DNA of 64,000 nucleotides from the NCBI GenBank assembly GCA_963666055.2, contig CAXWPH010000015.1, positions 1,472,001 to 1,536,000 of the forward strand. The letters are read 5' to 3'. Of this stretch, positions 49,043-58,348 are shown piece by piece. How positions within the stretch are numbered: position 1 is the stretch's first letter; each line of letters begins with the position of its first letter. Source of the stretch: Acidobacteriota bacterium. Lineage in GTDB: Bacteria > Acidobacteriota > UBA890 > WLXD01. The notes beneath the pieces are model-generated. The model was given only the letters and a program-made list of their open reading frames with translations, did no database searches and was not told the origin of the DNA. The position numbers and the translations under genes were made by a program.

Positions 49043-50311
49043 CTACTCACCCCGCTTGACGACCGTACCGGCGAGCATGACGAACGAGACGTGTTCCGTC
49101 GCGCGAATGTCCTCCAGGGGGTTCCCCGGTACCGCGATGAGGTCGGCCAGTCGCCCTACCTGGATCACGCCGCGATCGGTCACCCCGAGTACAGCAGCCG
49201 CCTCGATGGTGGCGGACTGCAACGCTGCCAGCGGTGCCATGCCGCGTTCCACGAGAACGGCGAACTCGCCGGCATTGTCGCCGTGCGGGTACACGCCGGC
49301 ATCGGTTCCGAAGCCGATCTTCACCCCAGCGGCGATTGCCTGGGCGAGGCTCTCGCGCGCCAGCGGCAGGATGCGCTCGGCCTTGGAGCGTAGCAGTGGT
49401 GGCAGCGCGTCTAGATCGATGGCGTCGATGAGGTAGGTGGTCGGTACGAGGTAAGTACCCCGCGCCTTCATCAGCTCGATGGTCTCGGTATCGAGGATCG
49501 AGCCGTGCTCGATCGACGCCACGCCGGCCCGCACCGCGGCGCGGATTCCCTCGGTGCCGTGGGCATGCGCCGCCACCTTGATGCCGTGCCGCGCCGCCTC
49601 CTGCACCATTGCCTCGAGCTCCGCGAAGCTGTACTGCTGCGCGCCGACGGATTCCTCGAACGACAGCACGCCGGCGGTGGCGCACGTCTTGATGACTTTG
49701 GCGCCAGGCTTGATCTGGTAGCGCACCGCCTTGACGACCTCATCGGGACCATCGGCGATGCCGTCGCGCCAGCTGGTCTCGAGCACTCCCGGGGCGAAGC
49801 CGGTGATGTCGCAATGCCCGCCGGTGATGCCAATGGGATTGCGCGATGGAAACACGTGTGGTCCCGTCACCATGCCGGTCTCGACGGCGCGGGCGAGCGC
49901 CACGGTCACCTCGCCGCCGAAGTCGCGCACGGTGGTGAAGCCGGCGAGAACCGTCTTGCGTGCATTGGACGTGGCTCGGAAGGCCGCATCGACATCGGTT
50001 TCTCTTACCGCACGATTGAACGAGTCCGCGTCGATGTCGCCGCCCAAATGGGTGTGCAAGTCGATGAAGCCTGGCAGGAGCGTGACATCGCCGAGATCGA
50101 TCACCTGCGCATCAGGAGGTAGCTGGCCGACCGCACTGATGCGGCCGTTGACGATGGCGATAATGCCCGGCTCGACCATGCGTCCCTGTACGACGTCGAG
50201 CATGCGGGCGGCGCGCAGCACGACGGTTGCGTCGTCCTGTGCCAGGCCGACACTGGGACGGACCAGCAGCAGCAATGTGATTAGCAGTAGGAGGCGACTC
50301 AAGAAACGCAT
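49043..50311 (-). CDS. Exported metal-dependent amidohydrolase (Xaa-Pro dipeptidase-like)
   Basis: PGFIDLHTH, TGGHCD, AAHAHG, IEHG and FGTDAG. Confidence 0.9.
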   Translation of the reverse strand: MRFLSRLLLLITLLLLVRPSVGLAQDDATVVLRAARMLDVVQGRMVEPGIIAIVNGRISAVGQLPPDAQVIDLGDVTLLPGFIDLHTHLGGDIDADSFNRAVRETDVDAAFRATSNARKTVLAGFTTVRDFGGEVTVALARAVETGMVTGPHVFPSRNPIGITGGHCDITGFAPGVLETSWRDGIADGPDEVVKAVRYQIKPGAKVIKTCATAGVLSFEESVGAQQYSFAELEAMVQEAARHGIKVAAHAHGTEGIRAAVRAGVASIEHGSILDTETIELMKARGTYLVPTTYLIDAIDLDALPPLLRSKAERILPLARESLAQAIAAGVKIGFGTDAGVYPHGDNAGEFAVLVERGMAPLAALQSATIEAAAVLGVTDRGVIQVGRLADLIAVPGNPLEDIRATEHVSFVMLAGTVVKRGE

Positions 50312-50319
50312 CAGATCTC

Positions 50320-50563
50320 CTAGGAGACAGCGGGGCATGGAAATGTTCGACCCGGAAGCATACTCCCGTGCGACGCGGTCGAGGCTCGCGGACGGACGCG
50401 ACCCGCGGCCAGCGGAAGCGGCGGATCAAATCGCCAATTGCCGTCGACGTCGACGAAGGTCGGATTGGATGGTGCGTCGGAAGTCAGCACGTGCCAGCGT
50501 TCGCCGTTCACCAGGGTTCGCGGTTCGTCAACGGTGATCCAGGCTCCCTGCGGTGTTGCCATG
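50320..50563 (-). pseudogene. Possible relic C-terminus of a CehA/McbA-like metallohydrolase
   Basis: SNPTFVDVDGNWRFDPP resembles the NP.FVDVDG..F.PP terminus (from recall). Confidence 0.3.
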
Positions 50564-50646
50564 GCCTGAGGGCTCAGACTACCGTTGGCTCCGCCTCCGC
50601 TAGGCGCTCTGTCCTCCACCCCGCGGCACGAAGCTCGGTAGGAACG

Positions 50647-51144
50647 ATGATGAAACGACTCCGTAGGTCCGGTCTCTGCTCAATCCTGGTGGGCATCGCG
50701 ATCATCCTTCCCGCCAGCGCCCAGGAAGAGCTCGACGAGCACGCCCGGGTGCAGGCGATCGCCGAGGCCGCGCTCGAGGCAATCAGCAACGAGGACATGA
50801 TCGCCTTCACGGATCTCATGGTCGACGACGCGATCACGGTGAGCATCGGCGAGCGCGACGGCGAGGTTCACTACTCGGTGCGGAGCCGGGCCGAGTCGCG
50901 GGCCAGGAACCCGCAGGCCGACATCCTCGAGCGCGGCTTCGACCCGGAAATCTCGATCTCGGGGCCCGTCGCCATGGTCTGGCTGCCCTATGACCTGTAC
51001 GTCGACGGGGAGTGGTCCCATTGCGGTGTGGACACGTTTACCCTCGTGCGCACCGAGGCCGGCTGGCGCATCGCTTCGATGGCTTGGAGCGTTGAGCAAC
51101 CACCGGCCTGCCAGCCGCATCCGGACGGCCCACCCGGAAACTAG
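50647..51144 (+). CDS. Exported NTF2-like protein
   Basis: Signal peptide (PASA); AMVWLPY..SHCGVDTFTLVRTEAGWRI. Confidence 0.8.
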   Translation: MMKRLRRSGLCSILVGIAIILPASAQEELDEHARVQAIAEAALEAISNEDMIAFTDLMVDDAITVSIGERDGEVHYSVRSRAESRARNPQADILERGFDPEISISGPVAMVWLPYDLYVDGEWSHCGVDTFTLVRTEAGWRIASMAWSVEQPPACQPHPDGPPGN

Positions 51145-51154
51145 GAGGGAGCGC

Positions 51155-53098
51155 GTGTCGCGTGTAGAGAAGTTACTCGGAGCAGTCGTCGTCGCCGTGC
51201 TCACAATGCCCGGTAGCGCGGTGGTCCAGGCACAGGACGAGACGTCGAGGGGGGAGTGGCGGTCGTCCGGAGGCGACAGCGCCTACACGCGGTATTCGCC
51301 GCTCGATCAGATCACCCGCGACAACGTGAAGGATCTGCGGATCGTGTGGCGTCGCCCGGGTCTCGACCCCGAGTTCGCAGAGAAGTACCCGAGGCTACGA
51401 ACCGGCAATTATCTGCGCGCCACGCCGACGATGCTCGACGGGGTGCTGTACACACCCAACGCCGCCGGCCTGGTCGAGGCCGTCGACGCGGCCACCGGCG
51501 AGACGATCTGGCGCCAGGAGCCACCGCCAGAGATGGCGCAAGAGCGAAACTCGCAGAGCACACGGGGGGTGGATCACTGGGAGGGCGATTCACAACGCCG
51601 GCTGTTCTCGAATCGGAACGGCTACCTGTATGCGCTTGATTTGCGTACCGGCGAGCCATTTGCCGGGTTCGGCGACAACGGTCGGGTAAGCCTCACGCCG
51701 ACAGAGGCGCGCAACTTCCGCTGGACCTCCGGCCCGATCGTGGTGGGCGACGTTGTCGTTATCGCCGGCAACGTCGACGGCGCCGGTGACAGCGGCATGC
51801 GGTGGAGGGACAGCTTGTCGGAGGACGTACGCGGCTTCGACGTTCTCACCGGCCGGCTGCTCTGGACCTTCTACGTGGTGCCCCGCGAGGGTGAGTATGG
51901 TGCCGAGACCTGGGGCGACGACTCCCGAGCGCACTCAGGTGATCTTGGTTCCTGGTGTTGTGTGTCCGCTGACGAAGAGCTCGGCTACGTATACGTTCCG
52001 CTAACCGCTCCGACGGCGGCGTACTACGGCGGACACCGGCCCGGCGACAACCTCTTCTCCAACACCCTCGTGGTGCTCGATGCCAAGACCGGCGAGCGCG
52101 TCTGGCACTTCCAGATGGTGCATCACGACCTGTGGGAGTACGACACGGTGGGCCCGGCGACCCTGGGCGACATCACCGTTGACGGGCGGCGAATCAAGGC
52201 GGTCATGCAACCCAGCAAGACCGGCTACCTGTATGTCTTCGATCGCGCCACAGGTGCGCCCGTGTGGCCCATCGAGGAGCGCCCCGTGCCGCCATCCACC
52301 GTGCCGGGCGAGCACGCCGCGCCGACGCAGCCGTTTCCCACCAAGCCGCCACCGTTCGCGCGCGTCGGTTTGACCGAGGACGACTTCATCGACTTTACGC
52401 CGGAGCTGCAGGCGCGGGCGCGGGAGCTTGCCGAACAGTTCGTCATCGGTTCCATCTTCACGCCGCCCTCGCTGGTCAGCGACGAGCCGGGCGGCACCCA
52501 GGGGACCCTCATGGTGCCCGGCTCATGGGGTGCGGGAAATTGGAACACCGGCGCCTTCGATCCGGAGACCGGCTTCTACTATGCGGTCTCGCATGCGATT
52601 CCACGCGTCTATCGCATCGCCAAGACCGACGACGACGGCGCGGAGATGGACTACTGGAGCCCTAACCGCGAAGCGCCGTACATCGACGGCTTGCCCCTTA
52701 TCAAGCCTCCCTGGGGACGCGTCGTGGCGCTGGATCTCAACCGCGGCGAACACGTGTGGACGATCGCCAACGGCGATGGTCCTCGGGACCACCCACTCCT
52801 CGAAGGCCTCAACCTACCACCGCTGGGGATTGCCAGTCGACCGACGCCGCTGGTGACCAAGACCCTGCTGTTCATCGGTGACGGCAGCGACGTATTCGGC
52901 GGCATCCCGGAGCTGATGTATGGTCGCAAGTTCCGTGCCCTCGACAAGGCTACCGGCGAGGTGCTTTAGGAAACCGAGCTGCCGGCGGCGCAGACGGGTG
53001 GCCCGATGACCTATCTGGTCGGAGGCAAGCAGTTCATCGTAGTGGCCATCGGGGAGAGGGATCGGCCCTCGGAGTGGGTGGCGCTGGCGCTGCCATGA
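51155..53098 (+). pseudogene. PQQ-dependent glucose/quinate dehydrogenase-like gene with in-frame TAG at 52967-52969
   Basis: YSPLDQI, WHFQMVHHDLWEYD and KPPWG motifs; GEVL*ETELP..GGPMTY..GKQFIV..ALALP continues in frame to TGA 53098. Confidence 0.88.
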
Positions 53099-53144
53099 CC
53101 CTCCATAGACTCAGGAGACGCGGCCGCCGCGCCGCGCCGTGTGG

Positions 53145-54398
53145 CTACTGCACCGCCGGGATCACGTGGTCGATGATTACCGACTGCGCCGAGTAAGACT
53201 GCTCGTAGATGTTCCAGGAGTTGACCACCGCCACGAGGTCGAGCTCGGGGACGATGATCAGCGACTGGCCGCCGTAGCCCGATCCGCCGTACTGCTTCGG
53301 GGCGTCACCGCTGCCGTCGTTCATGATCCACCACTGGAAGCCGTAGCCTCGCTTGCTGTCGGGGTTGTCGGGAGTGGCGAACGACACCCAGGGACGTGCC
53401 GATCTCTCTACCCAGCCCTCCGGGAGAAGGCGGACGCCGTCCCAGACCCCGTCCCGCATGAACAGATAGCCGATCTTCGCGAGATCTTCCGGCTTGAGGT
53501 ACAGGCCGCCCTCGGTGTCTTGGAGGCCGTCGGGAATCGCCTTCCAGTAGTAATCGGTGATGCCCAGCGGGCCGAAGAGGTATTCCTCGGCGTACTCCCC
53601 GACGTTGAGGCCGGTGGTGGCCTTGAGAATCGCCGACAGGATCATCGAGTTGCCGCTGTTGTAGACGAAGGTCTCTCCCGGCGCCGCCGCCATCGGCTTG
53701 TCGAGCACGAACTGCACCCAGTCTTCCGAGGCTTCGAGCTGCGCCGCGTCGTTGCCCATATCCGTATAGGGCAGCGTGAACTCGTCCCACTCGAAGCCCG
53801 GTCGCATGGTGAGCACGTCTTCGAGCGTGATCGTCGCCTTTAGCCCGTCTGGGTCGGGTATCTCCCGGTCCGAGAGATAGGAGAGCGCCGCCACTTCGGT
53901 GCCCTCGATCTCGCCCCGGTGGATGGCGATGCCGATCAGCGCCGAGGTCACGCTCTTGGTGATCGACTGGATCGTATGCACCTCCGACCCTTCACGGAAC
54001 GGGTGGTAGTCGGGGTTGTAGTAGTTGTATTGGTGTGGTTCCTGCTCGTAGCTGGAGTTGATCTCGACGTAGTCATGGTCATAACGGAAATCGGCGATTA
54101 CCCGCCCGTTGCGCGTCACCACCAGCGCATCGACGTTTCCGTAGGCTCCTACCGCCAGCTCAGCGTCGAGCGCTGCCAGCGCGGCACCGTCGACGCCTTC
54201 GTCCTCAGGTGTGGAGCGACTCTAGCCGTTGGTTGGCCAAGCAGTGGGTTCCGGGATCTCGGAGTCGCTCGCACCGCCGCCGGCGCATGCGGCCATCGCC
54301 GCGCAGGCGACGACTACCAGCAGATGGGGGTGCGCTGGCCGATGTCCGGCGATGCACCTGCTCGGGAAGACGGGTGGCGTTGAAACGCGCTCTTGCAT
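53145..54398 (-). pseudogene. Serine hydrolase (NylB/class C-like) lipoprotein with in-frame TAG at 54222-54224
   Basis: ATG 54398, hydrophobic signal ending MAAC, WPTNG*SRSTPE, then QSITKS, YNSG and YGFQWW in the same frame. Confidence 0.85.
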
Positions 54399-54494
54399 GG
54401 GTGATCTCGCTGGTCTGGGGGCAGGATGGGGTGCACCTTAGCATTCGGTCGGAGGTTGTTGCTGGGTTCCCCGGATGAGCCCAGGCGGGGCTGT

Positions 54495-54661
54495 TAGCAG
54501 GCCGTGGTGGAAGTGTCGCCCGAAGGGTTACGGCGATTTGGGGTCATCTGCGGCGTTGGCCCTCCTGGACGATGGCTGGAGCATTGCCGGCGTCAGGCCG
54601 CCTTCCAACTGGCCCCAACTCGCCGTAACCAGGCCCGCCACACTTCCACCACGGCCTGCTA
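54495..54661. mobile_element. 167-bp fold-back palindromic MITE-like element
   Basis: Perfect 22-bp inverted arms TAGCAGGCCGTGGTGGAAGTGT (54495-54516 and 54640-54661) and a second 19/21 stem (54526-54546 and 54610-54630); TTAG/CTAG ends. Confidence 0.78.
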
Positions 54662-54702
54662 GTATCCAGCCAGCAACGACGATAGATACGATGGAGGCGA
54701 GC

Positions 54703-56475
54703 ATGGCGCACAACCGAGACGACGACGAGAGACGCTTTACTCGAGGGGAGTTTCTCGGCGTAGGGGCCGGCTGGGCGGCGGGAATCGGCGCCGCGTCGGC
54801 GGCCCTGGGCGCGGCCAGCTCGAACGCGAGCGCGGCGATATCTGGTAGCTCGCCCCATCGCGCCGCGGCCGCCCGCACGACACGGCGCACCGCCATGCCG
54901 GTGGATCTGATTGTGCGCAACGCTCGCATCTACACCGTCGACGACGCTGTGCCGGGCGCCGATGCCTTCGCCGTGTCTGGCGATCGCTTTGTGGCTGTTG
55001 GCAGCAACGACGACATCGACAACCTCGGTGGGCCTGGAGTCGAGGTAATCGACGCGGGTGGCATGACCGTAGTGCCGGGCTTCATCGATGCACACTCGCA
55101 TCCCGGCAGCGGCGGTCTGCGCGAGCTCAAGAGCGTCAACGTGGATCTGCGTAGCATACGTGCCATCCAGGACGCCCTACGTGAACGCTCCGAGCAGACG
55201 CCGGCGGGCGAGTGGGTGATCGGTTTCAAGTACGACGACACCAAGGTGAGCGACGGTCGCCAGCTGCACCGCCGCGATATTGACGAGGCGGTCCCCGATC
55301 ATCCGGTGCGCGTTACCCACAGGGGAGGCCACACGTCCTGGTACAACTCGAAGGCGTTGGAGCTTGCCGAGATTACCGCTTCGACCCCCGATCCGGAGCA
55401 CGGACGCTTCTTCCGGGAGGATGGCGAGCTTACCGGCCGGGTGGCCGAGCGGGCCAATGCCGTGTTCAGCGGCTTGATCACGAACGATGCAACGCGCCAA
55501 GACAGGCAAGCGGGCGTGGCGTTGATCACCCGATTGATGGCGCGGTCGGGTCTGACCTCGGTTCACGACGCCGGCTCGGGCGCGGCCGGCGCGACCGCCT
55601 ACCGCGACGCCTACCGGGCCGGCGAGCTGCGCTGCCGCGTTTACATGCTCATGCGCGGCGGAATCTACCAGGATGTCAAGGCGGCCGGGTTGTACTCCGG
55701 GTTCGGCGACGAGTGGTTCCGCCTGGGGGCGGTGAAGTTCGGTGCCGACGGCTCGGCGTCGGAGCGCACCATGGCCATGAGCACGCCGTACGTCGGTCGT
55801 CCGGATGACTACGGCATCCTGACGATGACACCGGAGGAGATCCACGAGGTCGTAGAGGACTGCCATCGCCACGACTTCCAGGTTGGCATCCACGCCAACG
55901 GCGACGTCGCCATCGACATGGTGCTCGATGCCTACGAGCGTGTGCAGCGGCTGTGGCCACGTCCCGACCCGCGCCATCGCATCGAGCACTGCTCGTTGGT
56001 GAATCCCGAGCTGCTCAGTCGCATCAAGGCGACGGGCTCGATCCCGACACCGTTCTACACATACGTGCATTACCACGGCAACAAGTGGGTGGAGTACGGT
56101 GAGGAGAAGATGCGCTGGATGTTCGCGCACCGCTCGTTCCTCGATTACGAAATCCCGGTGGCGGGGGCGTCGGACTATGTTCCGGGTCCCTTCGAGCCGC
56201 TCATGGCGATTCAGTCGTTGGTCACTCGCAAGGACTTCGACGGGCGCGTCTGGGGCCCGAACCAGCGCGTCAGCGTCGACGAGGCGCTACGCATCTGCAC
56301 CATTAACGGTGCTCACGCTTCGTTCGAGGAAACCGTCAAGGGCTCGATCAGCGCTGGCAAGCTGGCCGATTTCGTGATGCTGGCCGAGGATCCCCACGAC
56401 GTCGATGCCGATGCGATCAAGGAGATCGAGGTGACGCGAACCGTCGCCGGAGGTCGGACGACGCACCAGGCGTGA
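54703..56475 (+). CDS. YtcJ-like amidohydrolase 3 with Tat-like leader
   Basis: PGFIDAHSH, GIHANGD, RHRIEHC and GKLADF; GGAGG RBS; leader RRFTRGEFL. Confidence 0.9.
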   Translation: MAHNRDDDERRFTRGEFLGVGAGWAAGIGAASAALGAASSNASAAISGSSPHRAAAARTTRRTAMPVDLIVRNARIYTVDDAVPGADAFAVSGDRFVAVGSNDDIDNLGGPGVEVIDAGGMTVVPGFIDAHSHPGSGGLRELKSVNVDLRSIRAIQDALRERSEQTPAGEWVIGFKYDDTKVSDGRQLHRRDIDEAVPDHPVRVTHRGGHTSWYNSKALELAEITASTPDPEHGRFFREDGELTGRVAERANAVFSGLITNDATRQDRQAGVALITRLMARSGLTSVHDAGSGAAGATAYRDAYRAGELRCRVYMLMRGGIYQDVKAAGLYSGFGDEWFRLGAVKFGADGSASERTMAMSTPYVGRPDDYGILTMTPEEIHEVVEDCHRHDFQVGIHANGDVAIDMVLDAYERVQRLWPRPDPRHRIEHCSLVNPELLSRIKATGSIPTPFYTYVHYHGNKWVEYGEEKMRWMFAHRSFLDYEIPVAGASDYVPGPFEPLMAIQSLVTRKDFDGRVWGPNQRVSVDEALRICTINGAHASFEETVKGSISAGKLADFVMLAEDPHDVDADAIKEIEVTRTVAGGRTTHQA

Positions 56476-57499
56476 GCTCCGGGCCCGCGGCGTGCGGCGC
56501 CTCGTCTTCGTGCGTCAGCTCGATATCGATGCCGTACCAGAGCCACTCGGAGGTTAGCCTCAGGCCCGCCGGCGACGCCGCCACGCCGAGCATGTGACCG
56601 CCCAGCTCGATCGTCTCGCTGACGCTCGAGGGCATGGTGATCGGGCGCAGCACGCTGTCGGGCAGACCGAAGCGGAAGCCCGTGTGCAGGATCTCCCGCA
56701 GCTTGGCCTCCATGTTGTCGGCGTTGAGCGCCAGGCCGCAGCGGAACATCTTGTCCTGTTCTGCGAGGATCTCGCGCACGTGCGCCCAGGATTCCTCGGT
56801 GGGCTCCGGTTGCACGTCGAGTCGCTGGGGAAAGCTGGGGTCGAGCACGAGGCTGCCGTCGACGGGCGTGATCCGGAAGTGTCCGTCGAGCTCGTAGTCG
56901 CGGGTGCGGACCGTGGCCGAGAAGGTCTCATCCACCTGGAAATCCCGGCACACGACGCTGATGACTGTGGCAGCGTCCCATTCGAACTTGATACGCGCCG
57001 TACCCGTGCCGCTTTCCACCTGCGCCGGTAGGTGCAGCGCGAAGCGGTTGTCGCTGTCTACGGTGATCGTCGGCTCGCCGGCGCGCAACGTGGCGCGGAT
57101 GTCGTTGATGCTGACGTGCAGCGTCCAGCGCCCGGCGCGGACGCGGATCGGTCCGATCCGCGTTCTTACCTCGTTGTCTTCCAGCGCCACGGTCCCGGGG
57201 CTGAAGTGCAGCTGCACGTCGTCGAGATACTGGGACGCGACCACCGTCAACAGCTCCTGCAGCATGCCGACGCGCAGCCGCACAACTACGTCGGCGGCCT
57301 CGAGCGCCTCGCCCGCCAGCATGATCTCGGGATCGAGCCGGGTGTCTACTGCCGATCGCAACGCGGCTACCTGTTGCCGCACGGCGGCGAGGGCCTCGTC
57401 GGGCTCGGACCTTGCGCCGCTCGAGCCGCAGCCGCCGGCCAGCAATGCAACCGCGAGGCCGGCGACGAAACGCGGGCGCGATCGCTGACGAACGCGCAT
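56417..57499 (-). CDS. Hypothetical lipoprotein B (beta-rich)
   Basis: LLAGGC lipobox; ATG overlaps the upstream TGA; protein-like composition. Confidence 0.75.
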   Translation of the reverse strand: MRVRQRSRPRFVAGLAVALLAGGCGSSGARSEPDEALAAVRQQVAALRSAVDTRLDPEIMLAGEALEAADVVVRLRVGMLQELLTVVASQYLDDVQLHFSPGTVALEDNEVRTRIGPIRVRAGRWTLHVSINDIRATLRAGEPTITVDSDNRFALHLPAQVESGTGTARIKFEWDAATVISVVCRDFQVDETFSATVRTRDYELDGHFRITPVDGSLVLDPSFPQRLDVQPEPTEESWAHVREILAEQDKMFRCGLALNADNMEAKLREILHTGFRFGLPDSVLRPITMPSSVSETIELGGHMLGVAASPAGLRLTSEWLWYGIDIELTHEDEAPHAAGPELTPGASSDLRRRFASPRSP

Positions 57500-58299
57500 C
57501 AGGGAGGGCCTGGGGCGGCTGGAGCCTCGTCGTCGGCTGTCGCCGGCGGCGTGGCATCCACATCGACGTCGATAACTATCCATAGCCGCTCGTCCGCAGT
57601 CAGCACGCTGCCGACCCGTGCGGCGAGCGGCACGCGGATCGCGGGAATGGTGACGTCGTTGTCGTCTACTGCTGGCAGGTGGATGTTGCGCTCCAGAAGT
57701 ATCGGCACCGGTAGGTCGCCGAACAGCTGGTTGAACTCGTTTCCCTTGCGCGTCGCGAGCTCCGAGGCGAGCCGTGCCGCCGGGGCAGACCACCCGTCGA
57801 CGCTCACCTCATGCGCCTCGACAGCCAGGATCTCTACTCGGGCGAGCAGCACGCCCACGTCTTGATCGAGCCCGACGATCTGGAAGAGCCCGAACACCGT
57901 TGCATCGACGAAAACGCCCGGACGATCGACGAGCGATACGCGCCCGCCGAACTGCACCAGCGCCAGGCCGGTGCGGAAATCGACCTCGGCGCTGCGAAGC
58001 TGTACGTGGAAGCGATTAGCGATCGTCTCTTCGACCGGTAGCGTCGCCGTAAGCAACTCTGCCAGGGTGCGCTCGTGCACGACGATCATCATGTCGGCCT
58101 CGCCGAGCACGCTGCCGAAATCCAGGTTCTGGTAGCTCGACAGGCTGGCGAGCTCGCGCTCCAGCACGACGCGCTCCGCGTCGGCTCGAGGATCTGATTG
58201 GCAGGCGGCGGTCAGAAACGAGGCGGCCAACGGCAACAGGCAGGCGAGAGCGTGCGTCTGGCCTCGACCAACAGTGCCAGTTCCCACGCCCACCTGCAT
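57499..58299 (-). CDS. Hypothetical lipoprotein A
   Basis: GGAGG RBS, LTAAC lipobox, coupled to lipoprotein B. Confidence 0.75.
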   Translation of the reverse strand: MQVGVGTGTVGRGQTHALACLLPLAASFLTAACQSDPRADAERVVLERELASLSSYQNLDFGSVLGEADMMIVVHERTLAELLTATLPVEETIANRFHVQLRSAEVDFRTGLALVQFGGRVSLVDRPGVFVDATVFGLFQIVGLDQDVGVLLARVEILAVEAHEVSVDGWSAPAARLASELATRKGNEFNQLFGDLPVPILLERNIHLPAVDDNDVTIPAIRVPLAARVGSVLTADERLWIVIDVDVDATPPATADDEAPAAPGPP

Positions 58300-58348
58300 A
58301 CCTCCGGGTCGCCGCTTCCTCGGTAGCTCGGTCTACCTTCAGGGCCGT

